Shown in pieces: positions 9,753-19,695 of a DNA stretch of 64,000 bases. The translations under genes and the position numbers were made by a program. The stretch's first letter is position 1, and each line of letters starts with the position of its first letter. The DNA comes from an uncultured Dehalococcoidia bacterium. Its GTDB lineage: Bacteria; Chloroflexota; Dehalococcoidia; Lucifugimonadales; UBA3495. Under the pieces are notes generated by a model, which made no database searches, was not told where the DNA came from, and was given only the letters and a program-made list of their open reading frames with translations. Location: NCBI GenBank assembly GCA_950072105.1, contig CATMOE010000008.1, positions 1 to 64,000 on the forward strand, in the 5' to 3' direction.

Positions 9753-10295
9753 TTAACGCAAGAGTTCGGCAAATTCCCCTCGGACTTTTGCTACCTTCGG
9801 CCTGATCACGATCTGACAATACATCGCGTCGGGATTGTTCTTATAGAAATCTTTGTGGTCTTCCTCGGCCTCGTAGAAGGCTTCCAGGGGCACGACCTCG
9901 GTGACGATGGGGTTGCGCAATGAGCCGGAGGAACCCAGTTCCTTGATGTATGCTTCCGCCTGCTCTTTCTGGGCGTCGCCGGCATACAGGACCATCGAAC
10001 GATAGTGGGTACCCCTGTCAGCTCCTTGCTGGTTCAACGTGGTGGGGTCGTGGGTTTCGAAGAATACTTCGAGCAAGCGTTGATAGGGAATCTGATCCGA
10101 GTCGAACTGGATCCTTATCGCTTCCGCATGGCCGGTACTGTCGGTGCATACTTCTCGATACGTGGGGTTTTCCGTATGTCCACCCGCATAGCCTGGAACC
10201 ACCATCAGCACGCCTTTAAGTTGAGAAAAGACCGCTTCGGTGCACCAGAAGCATCCCCCCGCGAATACCGCGACCTCATGATTGTTGTCCGCCAT
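9753..10295 (-). CDS. msrA: Peptide-methionine (S)-S-oxide reductase
   Basis: GGCFWC, GHAE, HDPT and FYEAEEDH motifs. Confidence 0.95.
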   Translation of the reverse strand: MADNNHEVAVFAGGCFWCTEAVFSQLKGVLMVVPGYAGGHTENPTYREVCTDSTGHAEAIRIQFDSDQIPYQRLLEVFFETHDPTTLNQQGADRGTHYRSMVLYAGDAQKEQAEAYIKELGSSGSLRNPIVTEVVPLEAFYEAEEDHKDFYKNNPDAMYCQIVIRPKVAKVRGEFAELLR

Positions 10296-10466
10296 ATTTT
10301 TCCACCCGCTTTCCGACTATAAGATTTCCTGAAACCGAGTCTACTATAGACCATGGTGGTATGACCACACCTGGATGTAAGAGGAACCCGGTAGACAAGC
10401 CGCCCACCCCGACGTAACATGCCCCATGTTGGTGGCGGGGCGATTGACCCCAGGCGAGGTGATTTC

Positions 10467-11462
10467 ATGGAACGTATTGGGCTTTCATTTTCGGGTGGTC
10501 TAAATCCGCCGGATATCGTGGACTGTATCCAGCTTGCTGATGAGTTGGGCTATGAATCGGCGTGGATGGCCGAGGGGCATGGGGGCGATCAGTTCTCGAT
10601 TCTCACCGCCTGCGCTCTCAGGACCAAGAATATCTTGCTGGGCACCAGCATCACCAGCGTTTTCGTCCGCAGCGCCCCTACCATCGCAATGGCTGCGGCA
10701 TCGGTGGACCACTTTTCCCAGGGGAGGTTCGTGCTGGGACTGGGGACCAGCCACAAGGTTCAGGTTGAGCCGGAGCACGGGTTGGTGTTCGAAAAGGCGG
10801 TGCCTCGGTTGCGGGAGTGCGTTGAGATCGTTCGGGAGTTGCTGCAGAAGGGCGAGGTGTCCTATCAGGGCAGCGTCTACGACATAGAAAACTTCGACTT
10901 TTGGTTTGAGCCCTTGCGAAGGGAGATACCTATCTATGTGGCTGCCGTTTTCCCTAAAATGCTGGAGGTCTGCGGGGAGATCGCCCAAGGCGCACTGATG
11001 ACCTGGTGCACCCTGGAGCATGCCGCGACTGCGGCGTATCACGTGGCGGAGGGGGCGAAACGGGCCGGACGCGACCCCAGCGAGGTAGACGTGGCTACGC
11101 TGATGCCTTGCGCGGTGGGTAGCTCGGGCGAAGGGGCCATTGAAGGACTGAAGACCAACATCGCCAGGTACGCCGCCAAGTTCCCCAGGTACCGCAAATT
11201 GATGGAGGACGCCGGCTTTACCGAGGAACTCCAAGCGGTGCGCCGTGCCTGGAATGACGGCAATGAAGCGGAAGCCATATCATTGGTCCCCGACGAACTC
11301 GTCGACTCCATCGCGCTGGTGGGTAGCGCCGAACAAGCCAGGAGCCGGCTGGATGAGTATCGCCGTGCGGGAATCACTCAGCCGATCATTTCGCCCCGGG
11401 TTTCCGGAGAAAACTCCAAAGAAGAAGCGATGCAGATCATCCGGGCGTGCGCGCCTAGATAG
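10467..11462 (+). CDS. LLM-class flavin/F420-dependent oxidoreductase
   Basis: GYESAWMAE and GRFVLGLGTS luciferase-like motifs. Confidence 0.88.
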   Translation: MERIGLSFSGGLNPPDIVDCIQLADELGYESAWMAEGHGGDQFSILTACALRTKNILLGTSITSVFVRSAPTIAMAAASVDHFSQGRFVLGLGTSHKVQVEPEHGLVFEKAVPRLRECVEIVRELLQKGEVSYQGSVYDIENFDFWFEPLRREIPIYVAAVFPKMLEVCGEIAQGALMTWCTLEHAATAAYHVAEGAKRAGRDPSEVDVATLMPCAVGSSGEGAIEGLKTNIARYAAKFPRYRKLMEDAGFTEELQAVRRAWNDGNEAEAISLVPDELVDSIALVGSAEQARSRLDEYRRAGITQPIISPRVSGENSKEEAMQIIRACAPR

Positions 11463-11614
11463 AGGTTTGGCGATGTGGCGGTCTCAGAAAGCGTCGATCA
11501 TAGCCAGAGCGTTATCATCGTCGCCTGAGGGATATTTTTCGATCGATAAGTAGATCTGCGGGCAGCTCCACTGGATGTCTGGAGGGCCGACAGCTTTGAA
11601 AAGGCCGGTGATGA

Positions 11615-11971
11615 ATGGCGGTCGTAATATTTGATTCCGATTGCGCGGTGTGACAGGCGTTTAGGCGCTGGGTAGCGCATCGCGACAATTGCTCACGGAT
11701 CCGGTTCGTTGGTAATGAATGCAATGAGTCGGCCGAACTACTTCCTGATCTGTCAAAATTCGACCGCACGCACACGATCCACTGGATAGACGACGAAAGT
11801 GGTCACCGGCAGGGAGCGCGCGCCATCTTCACGATCGTCGGCGCAACGGAGAGCCGTCTCGGCCAGATCGCAAGACTCTTTGCCCGTTGGCCCCTATACG
11901 TCCTGGCGGAACCTTGGTACCGGATCTTCGCCCATCACAGAGGAAGATTCGCTCGATTCGCCGGGAAGTGA
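11615..11971 (+). CDS. DCC-family (DUF393) thiol-disulfide oxidoreductase, probable selenoprotein (CxxU, UGA at 11651-11653), 118 aa
   Basis: Manual translation MAVVIFDSDCAV-U-QAFRRWVAHRD...GARAIFTI...YRIFAHHRGRF matches the DCC pattern DxxCxxC...YxxxAxNR. Not present in the ORF track. Confidence 0.8.
11665..11678 (+). promoter_or_regulatory. Candidate SECIS for the DCC gene
   Basis: GCGCT-GGGT-AGCGC hairpin starting 11 nt after the UGA. Confidence 0.55.
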
Positions 11972-12072
11972 AGGCACCGCCAGAAGAGAGTATATTGCGG
12001 GTCGAACACAACTCTGAAGAATCTGGGCTTGGGATCGAAGCATGTTGAACAATCTGAAACGTAGAAGGCGCT

Positions 12073-12822
12073 ATGGGATTTAGAGTCACGACACTGAATC
12101 TGGAACAGGACCATAAACGGTGGGACGAGCGGCGGGAGTTGATCGTTGAGGAATTGGGCGGCTTGAAGCCCGATGTGTTTGCCATCAACGAGATCTGCCT
12201 TCCGCGGCAAACCGGCCGCTACCTCCAACATGCCGCTAAGGAACACTGCGGTCTCGAATATAATCTGATCCAGCAGTCGAAAGTTAACGGCCTCTCTGTT
12301 GTCGATGGAGAAGGTCTCTTGACCAGGTTCCCGGTAAGGGAAACGGCCAATCTGGACTATCGAGCCCGCGACGCCGTGGCCCTGGTCGCCCGGGTTGAGA
12401 TAGAAGACCGCCTAGTAGACCTCTACGTGACTCATCTCTACCGGTCTGAGGGGGAAGACTCCCTACGCCTGTATCAGGTGGAACAACTTCTTGATTGGGT
12501 AAGCTCTAGGAACGATGTCGACGCCCGTGTGGTCTGTGGTGATTTTAACGCAACCCTGGACATGGCCTCGGCTGCCTTGATGGCGGCCCATTTCAGGCCC
12601 ACCCAGACCGAGCCCACGGCATTCACCCCATTACAGGAAAAGAACGGGACATCATCCCACCCGAAGTGGGAGCGGTTCGACCGGTGCATCGACTACATCT
12701 GGGTTGCCGGTCCCCTTCGGGTGAAGGACAGCGGCGTGTGCTTCAACAAACCCAGCCCCGAGGACTATTCTCTATGGCCGTCCGACCACATGGGCGTTTG
12801 GGCGGATCTAGAGTTCGAGTAG
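12073..12822 (+). CDS. Endonuclease/exonuclease/phosphatase (EEP) family protein
   Basis: TLN, GDFN, IDYIW and SDH motifs. Confidence 0.88.
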   Translation: MGFRVTTLNLEQDHKRWDERRELIVEELGGLKPDVFAINEICLPRQTGRYLQHAAKEHCGLEYNLIQQSKVNGLSVVDGEGLLTRFPVRETANLDYRARDAVALVARVEIEDRLVDLYVTHLYRSEGEDSLRLYQVEQLLDWVSSRNDVDARVVCGDFNATLDMASAALMAAHFRPTQTEPTAFTPLQEKNGTSSHPKWERFDRCIDYIWVAGPLRVKDSGVCFNKPSPEDYSLWPSDHMGVWADLEFE

Positions 12823-12873
12823 AATTCGGCGGGAGACACCGGGGGAACAAACGTCTTCTACACCGGGTGAAAA

Positions 12874-13874
12874 ATGCCTAAGAGAGCAGCGCTGTTTTAT
12901 GACTATCCGATCAAGGACGGCGAGGTCTTTGGTCAAGGGCGAAGGCAGACCATCGAGAAGTTGACCGACCTCTATCCAGAGGTCATCAACGCGAAAAACT
13001 TTGACGAGCAAGTCTCCAGCCTGGCCGACGTGGAGGTTATCTTCGCTACTTGGGGAATGCCCCGTTTGACGGCCGAACAGCTTGGGAAGATGCCAAAACT
13101 TGAAGCGGTCTTCTACGCCGCCGGCAACGTGAGGGCCTTCGCTCAGCCGATAGTCGATCACGGCATCATGCTTGTCGGTGCTTGGGACATGAATGCGATT
13201 CCCGTGGCGGAGATGGCCCTGGCGCAGATTCTTCTTTCTTGCCGCGGGTATTACTGCGCGATACGTGATTATCACGAAACTCATGACCACGGCAAGGCCA
13301 AGACGTTCCATCGGCCGGGCGTCAACGGCGAAACGATAGGGCTTATCGGGATGGGCATGATCGGGGCGCGGTTGAGCGCCTTGCTCCAAGGCTTTAGCTT
13401 TCGGGTCATCGCGAACGACCCGTACCTTAGCGAGGAGCAAGCGGCGGAGCTTGGTGTGGAGATCGTTTCACTGGAAGAACTCTTTCGGCGGTCCTATATC
13501 GTAAGCAACCACATACCGGACCTACCGTCCACCAAAGAGGTCCTCACCGGGTCTTTGTTCGACAGCATGAGAGAGGGCGCCACCTTCATTAACACCGGCA
13601 GGGGCCTCAAGTGTCGGAAGCCGGCTTGATAGAAACCCTCAAGAATCGCCCGGACCTCACTGCCCTCCTCGACGTGACCTATCCGGAACCCCCAGACGCT
13701 GACTCCGAACTGTGGAAGCTGCCCAACGTTTGGATAAGCCCCCACATCGGTGGGTCCGTTGGGGACGAGGTGGTTAGGATGGCCGATTGTATGATCGAGG
13801 AATTTCAGGCTTGGGAGTCAGGCGAGCCGTTAAGATACAGGATAACGAAAGAAGTGCTTTCGACGATGGGGTAA
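12874..13874 (+). pseudogene. D-2-hydroxyacid dehydrogenase, frameshifted near 13605
   Basis: GxGxxG and INTGRG are in one frame; LDVTYPEP and SPHIGG are in another. One missing base would restore the frame. Confidence 0.85.
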
Positions 13875-13897
13875 GAGACTGGTTGGCGGGGCGCGGA

Positions 13898-14740
13898 CTA
13901 GATCAATTTGGCGCACTCGTCGATGATGGGCACCACGGTGTCACGCTCGGTCGAGGGCAACCCGAAGATGGCCCGGTCCACCCCTGCGGCCTTTAACCTG
14001 GCTATGGCATCTGGTTCCGGACGGGCCCCGAAGGTTGTGATGTTGATCGAGGCCGGGTCCCGCCCCGCCTCCTCGGCCTGCCTTCGCAGCAAGACTATCT
14101 TCTCTTGCAGGCTTGTTCCTTCGCTGGACCGGCCGCTGATGGGCATCCAGCCGTCACAGAACTCGACGACACGGTCGAAGGTGGTCGCCCCGTCGCCTCC
14201 CATCAGTATGGGTGGGTGAGGGCGTTGCACGGGTTTGGGATAAGCCCACATCTTGTCGAAGTTTACAAACTCACCATGGAATTCCGCCTCTTCCTGAGTC
14301 CAGATCTCCTTCATAGCCAGGATCCGTTCCCGGAGCAACCGCCAGCGGCTGCGGAACCTGGTGCCGTGATTCGCCATCTCCTCCCGGTTCCAGCCACCAC
14401 CGATACCGAAGATGAAACGTCCGCCTGACAACCGGTCTACGCTGGCGACTTCTTTCGCCAACATGATTGGGTCCCGCTCGATCACCAGGCAGATTCCGGT
14501 CCCTAGCTTCAGATCGGTGGTGACCGCGGCGGCGGCAGTCAGGGCCACGAAAGGATCATAGGTGTGCCAGTAGTCTTGAGGCAGGTCGCCTCCTCCCGGC
14601 CAAGGGCTGCTCCTCTCGGCTGGGATATGGGAGTGTTCCGGCACCCACATGGACTCGAACCCCCGGTCCTCCAACAAACGGGCCAGGTCGTCGGGCCGGA
14701 TCGAATAGTCGGTGGAGAACATCATCGCGCCAAAATCCAT
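13898..14740 (-). CDS. LLM-class (F420-dependent type) oxidoreductase
   Basis: WVPEHSHIP, DPFVAL and SGGRFIFGIGGGWNREE motifs. Confidence 0.88.
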   Translation of the reverse strand: MDFGAMMFSTDYSIRPDDLARLLEDRGFESMWVPEHSHIPAERSSPWPGGGDLPQDYWHTYDPFVALTAAAAVTTDLKLGTGICLVIERDPIMLAKEVASVDRLSGGRFIFGIGGGWNREEMANHGTRFRSRWRLLRERILAMKEIWTQEEAEFHGEFVNFDKMWAYPKPVQRPHPPILMGGDGATTFDRVVEFCDGWMPISGRSSEGTSLQEKIVLLRRQAEEAGRDPASINITTFGARPEPDAIARLKAAGVDRAIFGLPSTERDTVVPIIDECAKLI

Positions 14741-15082
14741 GGAAACCTCCGAAAGTTGTAGTCGGCAGTCGTTCGGCCATTGTAGCATCGCCGACCGCCG
14801 CTGACGTCCGCCGGCTTTACTTCGCGCGGCTACCGACCCGCCGTGGGGCGAATGGCGAGAGTTGGGCGAGGTCCATTCGGGCATTCGCTTAGGCTGATTT
14901 TACCCAAAAGCTGGATTCATCCATTTTAAAGATTCCGTTGGTGAGATTCCCTAAAACAGATGAACATCGGATAGTTTTCGTCTTTAGAGCGGTAGAATTC
15001 GAGTTGACATCGCAAGTTGTCTTTATATGTTGTTATAGAACATTAGGTGTGAACTTGGAGGCGCGGAGAGAACCTTTGTTAT

Positions 15083-16489
15083 ATGGCTGACTACGACTAT
15101 GACATGCTCGTTATCGGCTCCGGCCCGGCGGGCCAGCGGGCAGCTATTCAGGCGGCCAAGCTGGACAAGCGGGTGGCTATCGTCGAGCGAAACGAGACGG
15201 TCGGCGGGGCGGCGGTGAACGTGGGCACCATCCCCAGCAAGACGCTCCGGGAGGCAGTGCTGTACCTATCAGGGTACCGGGAGCGGGGGCTGTATGGTGA
15301 TGCCTACGTCGTTAAAAGGGATGTCCGGCTTGCGGACCTGCTTGTACGGACCGATTACGTCACTCGTCACGAAGTTGACGTTACCCTGAATCAGATATTG
15401 CGAAACCGGGTGGAGCTGCTGGCTGCGGAAGCCTCGTTTATCGACCCTCATTCACTCCATCTTATCTACAGCGACGGCAGAGGCCATCGTGACGTGACGG
15501 CCGACAAGATCGTAATCGCCACCGGTACGTCAGCCACCAGACCGGACAATATTCCCATCGACGGAATACAGATTTTCACCAGCGACGACATCTTGGATCT
15601 GGACCGTCTCCCTCGTACGCTCACCGTCGTTGGAGCTGGGGTCATCGGGTGCGAATTCACTAGTATCTTCGCCACCCTGGGAGTCCGGGTCACGTTGATA
15701 GATAAATACCCCCGAATGTTGACCTTCGTCGACTCGGAGATCGTGGAATCGCTGGTGTACCACATGCGGCAAAACCGCGTTATCCTCCGCTTAGGCGAGG
15801 AGGTCGAAAGTATCGAGGCGATAGACGACGGAAAAGGGGATAGGGTACGGATTCACCTGGCCAGCGGTAAGCAGATAGTTAGCGAGAAGGCCCTCTACAG
15901 TATCGGCCGTACCGGGTCGACGAACGGCCTTAACTTGCCTGCCGCGGGACTGGAACCGGATGACAGGGGCCGCATCAGCGTCAACGGCTTCTTTCAAACC
16001 GATACGCCGAATATTTACGCCGCCGGTGACGTAGTTGGCTTTCCCAGTCTGGCTTCTACTTCCATGGAACAGGGCCGGATCGCGGCTTGTCATGCCTTCA
16101 GCATTGAGACCAATCTAATGCCGGAACTCTTCCCCTACGGTATCTTTACAATACCGGAAATATCCACCGTCGGATTGAACGAAGAGGAGCTGACAAAGCA
16201 GGACGTTCCTTACGAGGTTGGCAAGGCCCAGTATCGGGAGATCGCACGCGGTCAGATTATCGGCGACCGCACTGGATTGCTCAAGTTAATTTTTCATCTT
16301 GAAACACACGCGCTCTTGGGCGTGCACATCATTGGCGAAGGCGCCAGCGAGCTGGTCCATATAGGTCAAGCCGTCCTGGCCTACGGTGGCAAGGTGGACT
16401 ACTTTTTAGACACGGTTTTTAACTATCCTACCCTTGCTGAATGTTACAAAACAGCGGCCTTCGACGGGATTAATCGGCTTTCCGTCTGA
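15083..16489 (+). CDS. sthA: Soluble pyridine nucleotide transhydrogenase
   Basis: GSGPAG, GTIPSKTLRE, LASTSMEQGR and FNYPTLAECYK motifs. Confidence 0.92.
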   Translation: MADYDYDMLVIGSGPAGQRAAIQAAKLDKRVAIVERNETVGGAAVNVGTIPSKTLREAVLYLSGYRERGLYGDAYVVKRDVRLADLLVRTDYVTRHEVDVTLNQILRNRVELLAAEASFIDPHSLHLIYSDGRGHRDVTADKIVIATGTSATRPDNIPIDGIQIFTSDDILDLDRLPRTLTVVGAGVIGCEFTSIFATLGVRVTLIDKYPRMLTFVDSEIVESLVYHMRQNRVILRLGEEVESIEAIDDGKGDRVRIHLASGKQIVSEKALYSIGRTGSTNGLNLPAAGLEPDDRGRISVNGFFQTDTPNIYAAGDVVGFPSLASTSMEQGRIAACHAFSIETNLMPELFPYGIFTIPEISTVGLNEEELTKQDVPYEVGKAQYREIARGQIIGDRTGLLKLIFHLETHALLGVHIIGEGASELVHIGQAVLAYGGKVDYFLDTVFNYPTLAECYKTAAFDGINRLSV

Positions 16490-16674
16490 AGGTTTCCCGG
16501 GAGCCTTGTTCCGGGGGCGCACTGGACTGCCAGGACACTTCCTCCAGATCCGGCTTTACCCTATTTAGCATCTTCTGGTCGAACCTCTCTTCCACCGTTG
16601 CTGACAACGCCGTTTTGCTATCCGAACGTCTATTGGCCGCGAAGTAGGGAAATGTCGAGGTTCTGATCGGCGGG

Positions 16675-16718
16675 TTGACAACCCGTCGATCGGCCCCTAT
16701 ATTTAACCAAATGGTTAA
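16675..16718 (+). promoter_or_regulatory. Promoter and palindromic operator of the ArsR-SRPBCC operon
   Basis: TTGACA-17-TATATT; TTAACCA-AA-TGGTTAA overlaps the ATG at 16711. Confidence 0.7.
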
Positions 16719-17094
16719 GTATTTAAACAATACCCTTGACGCGACATTCGGCGCGCTTGCCGACCCGACCCGGCGGTCGATCCTAGAGCGCTTGATCGGG
16801 GGAGAGTCCTCGGTAACTTCCCTGGCCGAGCCCTTCGACATGTCTCTTCCCGCCGTGTCGAAACATCTCCGAGTGCTGGAAAAGGCGGGCCTTTTGACTC
16901 AAGAGAAGGATGGCCGGGTACGCCGGTGCCGGATGGACGCCGGCCCCATGAAGGAGGCCTCCGATTGGGTCGGCCGGTACCGGATTGTTTGGGAAGAGCA
17001 ACTCGATTCACTGGCCGACTGTATCGAGCAGATGCAAAGCGAAGAAAAGGAAAAGGAGGACCACCCAGATGACGCAGCGAGAAACGGTATCTGA
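16711..17094 (+). CDS. ArsR/SmtB-family regulator
   Basis: FGALADPTRRSIL and SLPAVSKHLRVLE motifs. Confidence 0.9.
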   Translation: MVKYLNNTLDATFGALADPTRRSILERLIGGESSVTSLAEPFDMSLPAVSKHLRVLEKAGLLTQEKDGRVRRCRMDAGPMKEASDWVGRYRIVWEEQLDSLADCIEQMQSEEKEKEDHPDDAARNGI

Positions 17095-17566
17095 GACGAT
17101 TCTGCAGATCAGCAGGACCTTTAACGCTCCAAGAGAGCTGGTATTTCAAGCCTGGACCCAACCGGAAAGTTTGTCCCGTTGGTGGGCCGCCGGACCCGGC
17201 TTCACTACGCCGATCGCCGAAGTAGACCTTAGGGTCGGAGGCAAATACCGGTTGGGGATGTTAGCTCCCGATCAAGACCAGCCATACGTCGTTGGCGGCG
17301 TATACAAGGAAGTGGTGCATCCCGAGAAGTTGGTCTATACCTGGAATTGGGAGTCTCACGGACAAGGAGACGACTCTGGGTCCGAGCCGGAACGAGAATC
17401 GGCTATGGGCGGTGGGGAAACCCTGGTCACGGTGCTTTTTCACGACGCCGGCGATAAAACTGAGGTCGTGCTAACCCACGAATTCTTCGCCGACGCTCAC
17501 ATGCGCGATGAGCACAACCAAGGCTGGAACGGTTGTCTGGAGAATCTGGCCAAATTGGTGGAGTAG
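17069..17566 (+). CDS. SRPBCC/AHSA1 domain protein
   Basis: RTFNAPRELVFQAWT, DLRVGGKY and HNQGW motifs; AGGAGG RBS. Confidence 0.88.
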   Translation: MTQRETVSETILQISRTFNAPRELVFQAWTQPESLSRWWAAGPGFTTPIAEVDLRVGGKYRLGMLAPDQDQPYVVGGVYKEVVHPEKLVYTWNWESHGQGDDSGSEPERESAMGGGETLVTVLFHDAGDKTEVVLTHEFFADAHMRDEHNQGWNGCLENLAKLVE

Positions 17567-17629
17567 TTCACCTATTCGTGCGGGAGCCCGGTCCACTGTA
17601 ACCCGGCCGGGTCCCATTGGAGATGACCA

Positions 17630-18031
17630 ATGGTAATTACCAAGACCATCGAACAAACGGTAACCATCAAAGCCAATCCCCATGATGTTTATGAGGCGCT
17701 GATGGACTCAGAAAAACACTCCCAATTCACCGGGGCTCCGGCTGACATCAGCCGGGAGATCGGTGGCTCGTTCACTGCCTACGGCGGCGCCCTTTCCGGT
17801 ACCACCACTGAGTTAATACCGGATGCCAAGATCGTTCAGGCTTGGCGCGGGTCGGATGAGGGATGGCCGCCTGACCATTACTCTGAAGCGACCTTCGCTC
17901 TTGAGGAAGTTGACGGGGAGACTCGATTGACCTTTGTCTAAACCGGCGTTCCGGAGGCCAGTTACGAGGACATTTCTCAAGGCTGGCAGACCTACTACTG
18001 GACGAAACTGAAGGCCTTTCTGGAGTCCTGA
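17630..18031 (+). pseudogene. Second SRPBCC/AHSA1 protein with an internal TAA at 17939-17941
   Basis: The frame continues after the stop as TGVPEASYEDISQGWQTYYWTKLKAFLES. Confidence 0.8.
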
Positions 18032-18118
18032 CTCCGGAAACTCGCACGCCTTCCCACGCTCTGAAACGGATCAAGCCTCCTGCCGCATGCATCCAAGCCG
18101 GCGGCAGGAGGTCATGAT

Positions 18119-19132
18119 TTAACCCCTCGTTTGACTGGGCTTTCGGGCGGTTACGATGCTGCTTCCGCTGGAAGTCACCACCCGCTCAACATCCACCAAT
18201 CCCGCCTCGGTCAGCCAATCCCGGTATTCTCCTTCGGTATAGGACTGACCCCCGTCGTAGATATTCAGGAAGTTCAGGCTGGATGCCACGGCCTCTGGGG
18301 GTGAAAGCCGCGATTCGTCTAGAACCGCGCCCAGGATGTAAACCGTGCCGCCCGGTTCGGTAACTCGATGGATATTCGCCAACGCCCGGCGAGCCTGGTC
18401 AGGGTTAAGGACTTGAATGAAGCTCTTCATGATGACGGCGTCATAAGAGCCGTCCAAGGTCCCCTCTACGAGATCGGCGGTCACCACTTGGACCCGCTCT
18501 GAGAAACCGGCCTCCCTGACGGAGCGTTTTGTGATCGGCGTCATCGCCGGAAGGTCCGCTATCGTTGCCCGGATATGTGGTTGAGCCTCCACCTCGGCGA
18601 AGGACATGCCGCCGGTGCCGCCGCCAACGTCCATCAAGTTGCGATGGTTAGAAAATTCGAACCTGGCCACCAGGTCCCGCCCCGCGTTAAGCGTTTCTTG
18701 ATGCATGCCCATGGCAAATACTTCAAGTTCATCTTCGCCGATGTCGGAGAAGTCGAGCTTGGCTTGAGCTTCGCCCTCCAATATCGACTCGGCCGTGTGG
18801 AGGATCGACTTCCAACGGCGAGCCATGTTGGCGTGGCGATGCCCAATGTAATCAGGCTTTCCTGTGACCAGGAAATGGGCCGATTCGGCTGTGTTGGCGA
18901 ACCAGTCTCCATCCACTGTTAGGAGGTTTGCTGATACCAGGGCGTAGAGCAGCGGCTTCAGTTTGGCCGAGTCGACTTCGATAGCCTGGGCGATCTCTTC
19001 TGCGGTCATCGGTCCGCGTTCCAGAGGAGTAAACAGGTCAAGCTGCATCCCCGCCAGCATGGCCAGGGCGGGATAAGCGCCGTCGGCGATGCGGTTAATG
19101 GTCTCCGGGCCGGCATTCATGGTGGTGGACAT
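18119..19132 (-). CDS. SAM-dependent O-methyltransferase with dimerisation domain
   Basis: N-terminal winged helix and DVGGGTG SAM motif. Confidence 0.88.
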   Translation of the reverse strand: MSTTMNAGPETINRIADGAYPALAMLAGMQLDLFTPLERGPMTAEEIAQAIEVDSAKLKPLLYALVSANLLTVDGDWFANTAESAHFLVTGKPDYIGHRHANMARRWKSILHTAESILEGEAQAKLDFSDIGEDELEVFAMGMHQETLNAGRDLVARFEFSNHRNLMDVGGGTGGMSFAEVEAQPHIRATIADLPAMTPITKRSVREAGFSERVQVVTADLVEGTLDGSYDAVIMKSFIQVLNPDQARRALANIHRVTEPGGTVYILGAVLDESRLSPPEAVASSLNFLNIYDGGQSYTEGEYRDWLTEAGLVDVERVVTSSGSSIVTARKPSQTRG

Positions 19133-19191
19133 AGTTATCTCCTTAATTTCTCGTTTATCGCGAAGAGACCGGTTGGCGCCGAGCCCGAGTT

Positions 19192-19446
19192 CTAGTCACA
19201 GCAACTAGGGGGGAAGTAGTAGTCTGGGATGTCTTCTAAGTTCGTATAGTTATCTGCTGGGCCAAAAACCCGTTCGACGAAACGCGAGATGAGCGTTGCA
19301 ACCGCGAAGAAAAGCCCGTCGGCCAATATGGGGATCTCAATGGAGTCGACGGCTGCTACTACTTCGTCAGCATCTTGTTGGCTGGTGACCCTTAGATCCT
19401 CGATTGCCGGGATTCCAAAAATATTGTTGACTGTTAGTGTTGTCAT
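19192..19446 (-). CDS. Small hypothetical protein ending PPSCCD
   Basis: 84-aa ORF with GGAG RBS, co-oriented upstream of the methyltransferase. Confidence 0.6.
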   Translation of the reverse strand: MTTLTVNNIFGIPAIEDLRVTSQQDADEVVAAVDSIEIPILADGLFFAVATLISRFVERVFGPADNYTNLEDIPDYYFPPSCCD

Positions 19447-19565
19447 TTTCTCGTCTCCCCGTTTTGTTTAACTTGCTTGTTCAGCATGTTAGACAGGGAG
19501 GCGAAGGACGACATCGTAAGGAGTTCCCAACTTCAAAATTCGGAAGAAGCAGGGTTTGGGGAGTC

Positions 19566-19629
19566 GCATGGGAACAACTGACAAGCCGTCAAGAAAGACC
19601 GGAGAGGCGGCATGGGAACAATGTCCCAT
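19566..19629. promoter_or_regulatory. Repeated candidate regulator binding box
   Basis: GCATGGGAACAA at 19566 and 19610 (44 bp apart); the second copy forms ATGGGA-N6-TCCCAT. Confidence 0.55.
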
Positions 19630-19695
19630 ATCACTCGGGATTGGGGAGGCTGGGACCGCTGAGACGATGGACGCTGACGGGACTGGGGCGGGTAT

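Noticed and set aside
17939..17941. Internal stop in the SRPBCC gene as programmed recoding
   Set aside because: The codon is TAA, which is not used for Sec or Pyl. A CAA-to-TAA mutation or an error is simpler.
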